Of a stretch of DNA of 64,000 nucleotides, positions 21,701-30,426 are shown one piece after another. The position numbers and the translations under genes were made by a program. The stretch comes from Gemmatimonadales bacterium (GTDB lineage: Bacteria; Gemmatimonadota; Gemmatimonadetes; Gemmatimonadales; GWC2-71-9), in NCBI GenBank assembly GCA_965249575.1, contig OZ252244.1, positions 2,976,001-3,040,000 of the forward strand, written 5' to 3'. The number at the start of each line of letters is the position of its first letter. Position 1 is the first letter of the stretch. The notes under the pieces are model-generated. The model worked only from the letters and a program-made list of their open reading frames with translations, did not search any database and was not told where the DNA came from.

Positions 21701-21889
21701 ATTTCGGATGAAATCAGAACCCAAGCGGCGGAGAGCCTCGACGCGATGCGAAGCGCAGTGGCCCGAGGAGAAGCGCCGCTCACCCAGCACCCGGCGGAGT
21801 GTCGGTTCTGTGGCTACAAGAGGGTGGGGTGGTGCCCCGGCGTCCACGATGAGCGTGGCGAAGGGCGTGAAACGTCACAGGGTCTCTAG
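18741..21889 (+). CDS. AddA-like UvrD helicase-nuclease; in-frame TAG at 21162-21164 and frameshift near 21597
   Basis: AGAGTGKT, ITFTNAAA, VDEFQD, GDPKQSIYRFR, HSAKGLE and YVAATRAK; the nuclease domain (GRVDL, DVKT, CRFC) continues past the TAG. Confidence 0.88.
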
Positions 21890-21898
21890 CGGACGTCC

Positions 21899-22962
21899 GT
21901 GATGGGCTCGGATCTGAAATCGCTCATCGCGGGCTGGGAGGGTCTCGGCGTCGTCGCCCGATACGATCGCCCAGCCGCCGCGTGGATCTCATCGCGTTGC
22001 ACGATGCGAGGTTGGGGCAGCCGACCGGTGGCACGCGCATGCGCGCGTACCGTCGGCCCGAGGACGGATTGGTCGACGCCTTACGACTGGCCGAAGGGAT
22101 GACCCAGAAGTGGGCTGCGGCCGATGCGCCCTTCGGAGGCGGGAAAGGCGTGCTGGCGCTGAGCCGGGTCCTCGACCGCCGCGAGACGGACGCCCTGCTT
22201 CGCCGTTACGGACGTCATGGCGAGGCGCTCGGCGGCGCCTTCGCCACTGCGCCGGACATGAACGTGGGGCCCGACGAGCTCGCCGTGATTGCCGGGGAGA
22301 CGCAGTACGTCCACTGCTACGACCGCGTTCAGGGAAAACCGGTTGATCCCGGTCCGTACACCGCGCTCGGGGTGTTCGTGTCGATCAAGGTAGGCGCCCG
22401 GCACCAGTTCGGATCTGACGCGCTCGAGGGCCGCTCGGTCCTGGTGCAGGGAGTGGGGGTTGTTGGCGGTCCGTTGTGCCGCTTGCTCCGGGACGTGGGG
22501 GCTAGCGTCTATCTGAGCGATCTCAACGTGGAGCGGGCGGAACGCGTCGCGGCGGACGTCGGCGGTGGGGTGGTCCGACCCGATGAGGCACCCGATTTCG
22601 CCTGCGATGTCTACGCGCCGTGTGCTGCGGGTGCGGTGCTCAACGCCCGCACGATACCGCGGCTGCGATGCAAGATGGTCGCCGGATCTGCCAACAACCA
22701 GCTCGACGAGGTAGAAGATGCGGAACGCCTGCACCAGCTCGGCATCCTGTACACGCCCGACTTCGTGGTCAACGCCGGTGGCGCCGTCGGCATCGCTACC
22801 CTGGAGGACACCGGTTCGGAAGCGGCGGCGCGGGCGCGGGTCGAGGAGATCGGGCCGAGGTTGTCCACCATCCTTGCCGAAGCGTTGGAGAGAGGTGAGT
22901 CGCCGGTGCACGCGGCACGGCGGCAGGTGGAACGCGTGCTGGAGCGGGCCCGGACGAGCTGA
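21899..22962 (+). CDS. Glu/Leu/Phe/Val dehydrogenase (leucine dehydrogenase-like); frameshift near 21988
   Basis: IALH...GGTRM, GGGKGV, QGVGVVG, PCAAG, AGSANNQL and PDFVVNAGG. Confidence 0.9.
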
Positions 22963-23002
22963 CTGAAGCTGCAGCAACGACGGCGAGGGCGGCGCTCGGG
23001 AC

Positions 23003-24820
23003 TCAACTGTCCTCGGATTCTACGACTATCTCTCGCACCACAGTGATCTCCGCGCCGCTTCGCAGTTCGATATCGAGTCTGAGCGCGTAGGTCCCGTCCG
23101 AGAGGTCCGGCAACCGGACATCCAGCGACCGGCCGAAGATCGCTCGATCGGCGGGGGTCGCCTCCTCCCACGCGATGCTCAAGAGGGGGTCGCGCCTCCC
23201 GGCGAGCTTCGCGAATTCCACGGCCTTTCGTAGCCAGCTGCTGCTGGTCTTGACGAGGGTGAGCGTTGTGGAGATCAGCTGCGGTCCCTCGAGCCCGACG
23301 ACCTCCCAGTAGAGACCGACGCGGTCGCCGGACAGCACGCGAAGCGATCCTCGGGTGCGGGGTATTGCGGCTGCCAGGGAGTCGATGGGCTCGGTTTGCC
23401 GAACCTCGTTCCCGCTCAACACCAGTAGGTCGGAGACTGCGGGGGAGCCCTTCGTCCACTCGGGGCGTGTCAGCCAGTAACGCGAGCGGCCGGCGAGTTG
23501 GTCGCCTGGACTCAGTGCTTCGATGCTCACGAGCAGGTCCAGTGCTTCGGTCCTTGCCACGAGCGCGTCGGCGGTGGCGGCATCTCTCTTCTCGACGAGT
23601 ATCACCGGCCCCCGCTCGTTCGGGGCGAGCGCGAGAGCAGCCCGAACCGCGCGACCGGGGGACAGGCTATCGCTGTGGAGATCGTAGGCGCTTACGACGA
23701 CCATGCTGTCGCCTCGGGGGAAAACGGCCATCTGGTGCTCCAGCTCTTCAAACGAGCGCGCGTAGGCCGGTCCGTATTCAGTGCGTGCGCGCTCGTGTTC
23801 GAGCGGCCACTTGCCGGGCTGGATCCGGCTCAGGTCACGCGTGAATCCCGGCTCCGGGAGAAAACGCCGGCCGGCGGTGTCGTAGCGCGAAGCGATGAAA
23901 ATCGCACGGTGGCCGACCGTGCCCGTCGTGGGTCGGATACGGGCCTGCGTCACGGGCGTTCCGTAACGGACCAAAACTCGCTCGAGGTCGTCTCCCCACC
24001 TCAATCCGTCGGACGGCTCGGAGTGGGCGCTCAAATGGCTTTGCAGGTGCCGCGTGTAGTGCTCGGTCAGGCGATCGTTGCCGGCGACGAGGTACAGCGG
24101 ATCCGCGAGCCACCAGAAGCGCGTCTCCAGTGAATCGCGGGCCTCGCACGACAATGAGCGGTAGTCGCCCTTTGCCCCGCCGCTCAGGAAGGGTGAGAGA
24201 TCGCGCCAGCGGCAGCGCTCCTCGCGAGGCATTCGCGCCAACGCGAGTGTGTAGAGGGATTCCGCCGCGACGAACTCCTGATCGGCGTGTCGCACGAAAC
24301 CGCCGAGCGCCACGCACCACCACTCTTGCGGTGGGGCGCACTGGTCCGCCGCCGCTATGGCCTCCCGGTTCCGGCCTGATGCGACGAGATACTTCACCCG
24401 CTGGCCCGCGATCCAGTGATCCCCCGGGAGCCGGGCCGCTGCGCTGTCGAGGCGAGCCACCAACGCATCGCGCAGTGGCCGCACCTCCGGTGGCTCCGCC
24501 TTGCCATTCCAGCTGCTGTCACCGCTGTCGATGGTGAACAGGCAGAACTGGCCGTCGATGCGCAACGAAATGACCTCCTCGCAGCGGCCGGGTGTGCTGG
24601 GATGTTTCCACGGCAACATCAACCTACGCTGGCGCTCAAAGCGCTTCTGCTCCGCTCTAGCGCGTCGGGAGATTTGCTTGGAGTCGGCGGGGGTAGCGGG
24701 AACAACCGGTACCTGACTCACAACCAGGTTGTCCGACGGGAGCGATGAGCCAGTGAAGGCCAGCGCAACCCCGGTGCTCCCGAAGAGTGCCGTGGCGAGT
24801 ACGACAGCCGTGAACAACAT
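23003..24820 (-). CDS. Secreted hypothetical protein (Cys/Trp-rich, GWxTD-like middle region)
   Basis: Signal peptide from MLFTAVVLA; FWWLADPLYL...NDRLTEH...VRYG; beta-rich C-terminus. Confidence 0.65.
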   Translation of the reverse strand: MLFTAVVLATALFGSTGVALAFTGSSLPSDNLVVSQVPVVPATPADSKQISRRARAEQKRFERQRRLMLPWKHPSTPGRCEEVISLRIDGQFCLFTIDSGDSSWNGKAEPPEVRPLRDALVARLDSAAARLPGDHWIAGQRVKYLVASGRNREAIAAADQCAPPQEWWCVALGGFVRHADQEFVAAESLYTLALARMPREERCRWRDLSPFLSGGAKGDYRSLSCEARDSLETRFWWLADPLYLVAGNDRLTEHYTRHLQSHLSAHSEPSDGLRWGDDLERVLVRYGTPVTQARIRPTTGTVGHRAIFIASRYDTAGRRFLPEPGFTRDLSRIQPGKWPLEHERARTEYGPAYARSFEELEHQMAVFPRGDSMVVVSAYDLHSDSLSPGRAVRAALALAPNERGPVILVEKRDAATADALVARTEALDLLVSIEALSPGDQLAGRSRYWLTRPEWTKGSPAVSDLLVLSGNEVRQTEPIDSLAAAIPRTRGSLRVLSGDRVGLYWEVVGLEGPQLISTTLTLVKTSSSWLRKAVEFAKLAGRRDPLLSIAWEEATPADRAIFGRSLDVRLPDLSDGTYALRLDIELRSGAEITVVREIVVESEDS

Positions 24821-25001
24821 CGCGTCGATGATAGTACGCCCACGGCAAGTAAAGGTGCCGTCGATCCGTGCGGAAGGGGACCTGGCGTTTACCTCTTCGG
24901 CTACTCTTGCTACAATCGATTCTACAAGGGGCCACGGCGCGATTAGATCACCCCCAGGGTGATCCGGGTAGGGGTTCCGAATCTCAGCGAAGGAGTGGTC
25001 A

Positions 25002-25769
25002 ATGAGGTTGATGGGCAAGCTCGCCGTCGTGACCGGCGGAGGCGCGGGAATCGGCAAGGCCATCGCGCTGCGGCTCGCGGAAGAGGGCGCAGACATCGTC
25101 ATCGGAGATATCGACGAGTCGGCAGCGGGGAATGCCGTGGCGCAAATCACGGCCCTCGGCCGCCGGGCCGTGTCGGTTCTCACTGACGTGACGGACAAAG
25201 GACAGATCGAGTCCCTGATGGGCAATGCACGCCAACTCGGGCGCGTCGACATCCTCGTCAACAACGCCGGTGTGGAACACGTCACGCCACCGCTGGAAAT
25301 CGGCGAGGCGGAGTGGGACCAGATCCTCGCCGTGAATCTCAAGGGAACGTTTCTGTGCAGCCAGGTCGTGGCCGGGGCGATGATCACGGACGGTAACGGA
25401 GGCAAGATCGTAAACGTCGGGTCGATCGCCGGTATCCGCGCGCCAAGGAACGGGCCCCACTACGCGTCGTCAAAAGCGGGTGTCCACATGTTGACAAAGC
25501 AGTTCGCCTTGGAGCTGGCTCAACACAACGTCACGGTGAATGCCGTCGCTCCGGGCGTCATCAAGAACGGGCTCAGCACGCGGCACTCGCTGTCCGATCC
25601 GGAACGCGCCGAACAGATAGGGCGAAGCGTCCCGCTGGGGCGGCTCGGCTCCCCCCGCGACGTCGCAAACGCCGTGCTCTTCTTGGCCTCCGCCGAAGCG
25701 GACTACATCACCGGCACGGTGCTGCCGGTTGACGGCGGGTTTCTGATTGCCGGCATCCGGGTGAGCTGA
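25002..25769 (+). CDS. SDR family oxidoreductase
   Basis: TGGGAGIG, NNAG, YASSK, NAVAPG and VDGG; AAGGAG RBS. Confidence 0.95.
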   Translation: MRLMGKLAVVTGGGAGIGKAIALRLAEEGADIVIGDIDESAAGNAVAQITALGRRAVSVLTDVTDKGQIESLMGNARQLGRVDILVNNAGVEHVTPPLEIGEAEWDQILAVNLKGTFLCSQVVAGAMITDGNGGKIVNVGSIAGIRAPRNGPHYASSKAGVHMLTKQFALELAQHNVTVNAVAPGVIKNGLSTRHSLSDPERAEQIGRSVPLGRLGSPRDVANAVLFLASAEADYITGTVLPVDGGFLIAGIRVS

Positions 25770-25789
25770 AGGCCGGCAGCCACGCACTT

Positions 25790-25827
25790 ACACGACAGGG
25801 GAGACCAATTGGTCTCCCCTGTCGTGT
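25790..25827. terminator. Perfect 38-bp palindrome between convergent genes (probable bidirectional terminator)
   Basis: ACACGACAGGGGAGACCAA|TTGGTCTCCCCTGTCGTGT. Confidence 0.6.
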
Positions 25828-25845
25828 CGGAACTCCGTGTGCTCG

Positions 25846-28800
25846 TTAGAATCCCGGCGAGAATCCAAACTGCCAGACGTGGCTCTTGTTCGGCCGGCTG
25901 AAGGGTCGGACGTAGTCCAGCTCGAGGATCGCAAAGCCGAACAGGTTGAACCGCAACCCGACGCCTGCACTGTACACGGGGCATCGGACCGTGAGCGTGG
26001 AGCACCCGCCGCTGGAGTCGCTCAGGCGGATCCGGTCACCACTGTCCCAGGCCAGTCCGGCGTCGCCGAAGATGGCCACCTCCAGCGGGAGCGCGCCGAA
26101 GTACCCGCCGCCGATGCCCAGGACGCCAAACAGCGGGAAGCGCAGCTCCATGTTCGCTACCGCCATCTTGGAGCCCAGCAGCCGGTCGAAGGCGGGGCAC
26201 GTGCTCTCGGCACTCGCCACGCACTCGGAAACGTCGAATGACCCGGTGTTGTAGCCCCGGACGAACTGCTGCCACCCGATGAAGAGCGGTGACAGAACCG
26301 AATCCCGCTCGATGCTCGAGCCGTAGCGGCCGAAGTGCATGAGGCGGGTCGCTAAGGTGAACGGCCGCTTCGGCATGAAGTACTTTCGGTAGTCCGTGAG
26401 GAACTGGACCATGTTGATCGAGCCGAGGACCGGGGTGGCCTCGATGCGATACCGCTGGCCGATGATCGGACTGGTTATCCCGAAGAGGGAGTTGTCGTAG
26501 ACCAGCGCGACGCTCGTTTGGGCCAGATTGAGCGCGTTCGGGGTAGGCAGGTTGATCTTCTCATCCGCGATCTCGAAACCGGTCTGGATATCGAACGTCT
26601 TCGTCCGAATCTCGCGGTCGAAGGTGATGCGCGAAATGCCCCCCTGGAACTCCAGGCGCTGGACCCGATTGAACGGATATGATGCGATGCCAGCGAGCTG
26701 GCGGTTGGTCTGGCGGAACCGAATAAGTTGCTCGATGAATACCGTTCGGCCCGTGCTGTCGACGGCAAGGCCCTGCCCGAAACCGCCGGTGAGGATCGGC
26801 ACTTGCTGGCCCACCACACCCCAGTTCATGCGCTTCCGGACGTTGGTGTATACCACCGCTCCGAGGATGTCCTGGACCGTGCCGTTGACCTGGAGCACGG
26901 TTGCCAGGTTGTGCTCGCCCAGCATGTCGCTCCAGAAGGCCGACGCGCCGCCACCGATGAATGTGCCGTAGGAGTCCACACCGGCGGACAGGTACGGCTG
27001 CCCGAGGTAGTCCAGCGAGATCTTGCTCTTGTAATCCGAGTTGGCGAACTCCGCCGTCTGCGCGAGCCCGGTCACTGGATCGTCCAGATAGGCTACGACA
27101 CCTCCGCGGCTTCGACTGGCGGGAGGCAGCACGGCGGCGTTGCCCTGCGGGAACGGTGCGAGTGGCTCGGTCCCGGCCAGCGTCTCGGTGGAGTCGATCC
27201 CGTAGATGGCGTACTGGCCGTCGTCAAAGACGCTGTAGGCGATGTTGCCCGATTGTGACGAGACGCTCAGGGCGGGGCTCAGGGCAGTGATGCCGCTGAT
27301 TCCCGTGTACAAATGGGTGACCTGATAGAGCTGGGTCTCTAGATCGGTCACCGACGCCAGCGTCGCTACCGGCCCGCCCGGGAGGCCGACGCGGTAGATG
27401 TTCGGGACACCGTTCCGGTCGGAGATGAAATAGAGGCTCTTGCCGTCCGGGGACCACTGGGGATTGACGTTCTTCCCGTCGTCTGCGCCAACCACACGGG
27501 TTACCGATCCATTGCGAGGGTCGACGACGGCCAGCCGGTAGTTTCCAAAGTCCAGCCGGCGGATGTCGGACGAAAACCGATCGGTGACGAACGCAATCGC
27601 CCGTCCGTCCGGGGACCACGCCGGTTGCAGTTCGGCAAACTGATCGTTGGTGAGACGCGAAAGGGCGTTCGCCTCGAGATCGTAGATGAAGAGGTCGAGC
27701 ACGCCGCCGACGAGCGCGGAAAACGCGATGGACTTGTCGTCCGGCGACCAGGTGGGGTTGAAGATCTCACCCAAGTCCGGGAACTTGAGCTCCCGCGCCT
27801 TGGCTCCCGCTTCGATCGCCATGATCTTGATGATCGGCTTGCCCCGCACCACGGCCGCAAACGCGAAGCGCGTTCCGTCTGACGACCAGGCGCCCGCCGA
27901 GTTGATGAACTGCAAGCTCTCAAAGTGCGGATCGCTCGATGTCTTGGTGATCTTCCGGATGACCCGGCCTGTCTCGACGTCGGCCATGAACATGTCGATC
28001 GAGAAGAGGTTCCGCTCTGAGAGAAACACGATTCTCTTGCCGTCGGGACTGAGAGCCGGCGCCAAGTTGATCCGACCGAGCCCCTCGGAATTTGGTCCCA
28101 GCAAGAGACGCCCGTAGTCTTCCGGAACGTTGGTGACCTCGACCAGCGGGTCGTAGGCGGAGTTCAGGGCCTGGTGCCAGTCGCGGGAGAGCGTAGAGTC
28201 GTGCACGCCGAGTGTGCGCTCGAACACGCGGGCCAGATCGGGGAGCCTGCCGGCCCGCTTGAGCAGCCGGCCCACGACCTCGTCCCCCCACCGTCCCGCC
28301 ACATACGACCAGAACGCCTGCCCCCACCGGTACGGGAAATACTGGAAGCCACCCAGCTGCCGAACGGTCGGGAGCGTGTCGCGCGCGGCATCGCGCATCC
28401 ACATCGCGGTGTGGGGATCCACTGGGCCGATCGAGAGATACTCGGCCATGCCCTCAGAGAACCACAGGGGCAACCGGAACAGGCCGGGGATGTTGCCGGT
28501 CGCGACGGCCCGGCCCTGTCCGGTAATGTCGAACTGGAATGCATGTACCAGCTCGTGACCCAACACGTGGTCGGTTTCAGCGAGCGGCCCGGCCATGGGC
28601 AAGACGATCCGGCGCTTGAAGATTTCCGTGACGCCGCCGGTTGCCTCGTCGATCGATCCGGGGACGGCGTTGGTCTGCTCGAAGTCGGGATGGTCGGCGT
28701 AGAGAACCACGACCTGCCGACCGCGGAGTTCGTGGTCGAGGATCCGGGACAGCCGCGTGTACCACCTCTCGGCCATCCGAGCCGTTTGCTCGACCGCGTC

Positions 28801-28983
28801 CTTCTCGCTGGGATAGTAGTAGATGTCAAAGTGCTCGGTCTTGAGCACCTCGAAATCGAAGGTTTCGTACTGGACCTTATTGCGTCCGAAGTACTGACCC
28901 TCCGCCGTCGGCGCCGCCGGGCCCAAACTCCCTAGGCCGGCCGCGACGATCGAAAAGAGGGCGGTGCGAATCGAAAGCTGCAT
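25846..28983 (-). CDS. Omp85/BamA-TamA family protein with N-terminal HExxH peptidase-like domain and PD40 propeller
   Basis: Signal peptide, QYFGRNKVQY, HELVHAFQ...WFSEGMAEY, repeated P.WSPDG, VRGY and C-terminal Phe. Confidence 0.88.
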   Translation of the reverse strand: MQLSIRTALFSIVAAGLGSLGPAAPTAEGQYFGRNKVQYETFDFEVLKTEHFDIYYYPSEKDAVEQTARMAERWYTRLSRILDHELRGRQVVVLYADHPDFEQTNAVPGSIDEATGGVTEIFKRRIVLPMAGPLAETDHVLGHELVHAFQFDITGQGRAVATGNIPGLFRLPLWFSEGMAEYLSIGPVDPHTAMWMRDAARDTLPTVRQLGGFQYFPYRWGQAFWSYVAGRWGDEVVGRLLKRAGRLPDLARVFERTLGVHDSTLSRDWHQALNSAYDPLVEVTNVPEDYGRLLLGPNSEGLGRINLAPALSPDGKRIVFLSERNLFSIDMFMADVETGRVIRKITKTSSDPHFESLQFINSAGAWSSDGTRFAFAAVVRGKPIIKIMAIEAGAKARELKFPDLGEIFNPTWSPDDKSIAFSALVGGVLDLFIYDLEANALSRLTNDQFAELQPAWSPDGRAIAFVTDRFSSDIRRLDFGNYRLAVVDPRNGSVTRVVGADDGKNVNPQWSPDGKSLYFISDRNGVPNIYRVGLPGGPVATLASVTDLETQLYQVTHLYTGISGITALSPALSVSSQSGNIAYSVFDDGQYAIYGIDSTETLAGTEPLAPFPQGNAAVLPPASRSRGGVVAYLDDPVTGLAQTAEFANSDYKSKISLDYLGQPYLSAGVDSYGTFIGGGASAFWSDMLGEHNLATVLQVNGTVQDILGAVVYTNVRKRMNWGVVGQQVPILTGGFGQGLAVDSTGRTVFIEQLIRFRQTNRQLAGIASYPFNRVQRLEFQGGISRITFDREIRTKTFDIQTGFEIADEKINLPTPNALNLAQTSVALVYDNSLFGITSPIIGQRYRIEATPVLGSINMVQFLTDYRKYFMPKRPFTLATRLMHFGRYGSSIERDSVLSPLFIGWQQFVRGYNTGSFDVSECVASAESTCPAFDRLLGSKMAVANMELRFPLFGVLGIGGGYFGALPLEVAIFGDAGLAWDSGDRIRLSDSSGGCSTLTVRCPVYSAGVGLRFNLFGFAILELDYVRPFSRPNKSHVWQFGFSPGF

Positions 28984-29232
28984 AGTAGTGGTCCCCCCCC
29001 ACCACCATGACAGCCCGGCGGCAGGATTCGTTAGCTCGCTCCTGCGATCCCCCCACACGTGAAAAAGCCGCAACACCGCGAAGGTGTTCCCGGCCCGAAC
29101 GTACACCCCCAAGCCCGTGGTCGACGGGCTCCACTTCCTACCCCGTACCTTAAAGAAGGGTTCACCCGACCGAATGCGCCAGGTGGGAGGCGGATCGGGA
29201 GGGGAGAAGACGGAGCTGCGGGGCGGATTTTC

Positions 29233-30426
29233 TCAGATCGCCGGGCGGCTGCCCTCACCGTAGCCCGTCAGCTCGACGAATCCCTGTCCTACCCTTGAAC
29301 CGGTAGCGGCGTCGTATACCCCGACCGCGCCCTCCCAGTAGAAGAGATCTCGTAGCCGGTCGCTCCGATTCTCCTGGTGCGGAAGCTCGGGCTCTACCCG
29401 CAATGACAGTGAAGCGCTTGGGACCTCGACGACCCAGCCGGCCGGGTAGCGTGTCCCAGTGGCGGGGCTGAGCCACTCCGAGGTAGCGGTCGCCGTCCAC
29501 CCGCCGGCCGCCAGAGGCCGCGCCCGGCCTTCGGAATCGATCATTGTGCCGCTCTCGAACGAGCTCGTGTTGGCTCGGTCGCGCACGCGGTAGAGCATTA
29601 CGTCACGACCGTCGTCCAATGAGAAGCTGAACCAGTCCCATCCCTGCTGGTCGGGCCCCAATTGATTCGAGCCGAATTCGCGGTCCATCCAACTCTGGCC
29701 CTGAACCGGCAGTTCCTCGCCTCCGATTGTCACCGTGCCCGAGGTTGTCAGCCGAGTGAAACTGTAGTAATGGCTGGCGGATGTCGGGCGGTCTCCTTTT
29801 CGGCTGTATCCTTCGACCCCGTGAAATGCCGCCGGCTTGGCGGGCCGAGTGCTCAGCCGAAAAGCGATTCGCTGCCGGTCGTCCCGTATGTCGAAATCGA
29901 AACCGGAGCCGTTCCACCGAAGGGCCCATTTGCCGGCCGTACCAGCCGGCGCGCGACTCCACGCGATTGTCGAGTCCGGATAGTCCGGGAACTGTCCCAG
30001 AATCGGTGTGGCGCGGTAGACCGTCTCACTGAACACGTGGCGGCCGGATTGGAAATCGGCGATCGCCGCATGTCCCATGACGACGTTGGCCGCTGTCCAG
30101 TCGGAGTCTAGGCGCGGTGCCTCGGGCAGCACGCCGACCCGGAAGAACGTGAGCTGGTACCCGAGCCGTCGCCCGGGGTCTCCGACCACCTCCAGGTGAC
30201 CCGTGAAATACCACCACTCAGTCTTAAAGCCGGGATGCGACCAGTGGTCGGCTGGGAAGGTCAAACGGTAGCCGCGCCGCGCCGGTGTCCACGAGGGAGT
30301 CGGGACGTCCGGCACCCCCCGCAGTACCTGGGTGACGCCGCTGAGTACGGCATCGCGAAGTGCCGGCTGTGCGCCGAGTATTGCGGTGGCCGCGGCGAGG
30401 GCCAACAGCGCTCGATTACAGGTCAT
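29233..30426 (-). CDS. CrtC/AttH-like lipocalin-fold protein
   Basis: FPADH..HP.FKTEWWYF, HYYSFTRL, SWMDREF, GWDWF, YWEG and GFVELTGY. Confidence 0.88.
   Translation of the reverse strand: MTCNRALLALAAATAILGAQPALRDAVLSGVTQVLRGVPDVPTPSWTPARRGYRLTFPADHWSHPGFKTEWWYFTGHLEVVGDPGRRLGYQLTFFRVGVLPEAPRLDSDWTAANVVMGHAAIADFQSGRHVFSETVYRATPILGQFPDYPDSTIAWSRAPAGTAGKWALRWNGSGFDFDIRDDRQRIAFRLSTRPAKPAAFHGVEGYSRKGDRPTSASHYYSFTRLTTSGTVTIGGEELPVQGQSWMDREFGSNQLGPDQQGWDWFSFSLDDGRDVMLYRVRDRANTSSFESGTMIDSEGRARPLAAGGWTATATSEWLSPATGTRYPAGWVVEVPSASLSLRVEPELPHQENRSDRLRDLFYWEGAVGVYDAATGSRVGQGFVELTGYGEGSRPAI

Noticed and set aside
15606..21889. Cas4-like or anti-phage nuclease-helicase system
   Set aside because: Domain order and size match housekeeping AddAB-type resection enzymes, and the neighbours are housekeeping genes.
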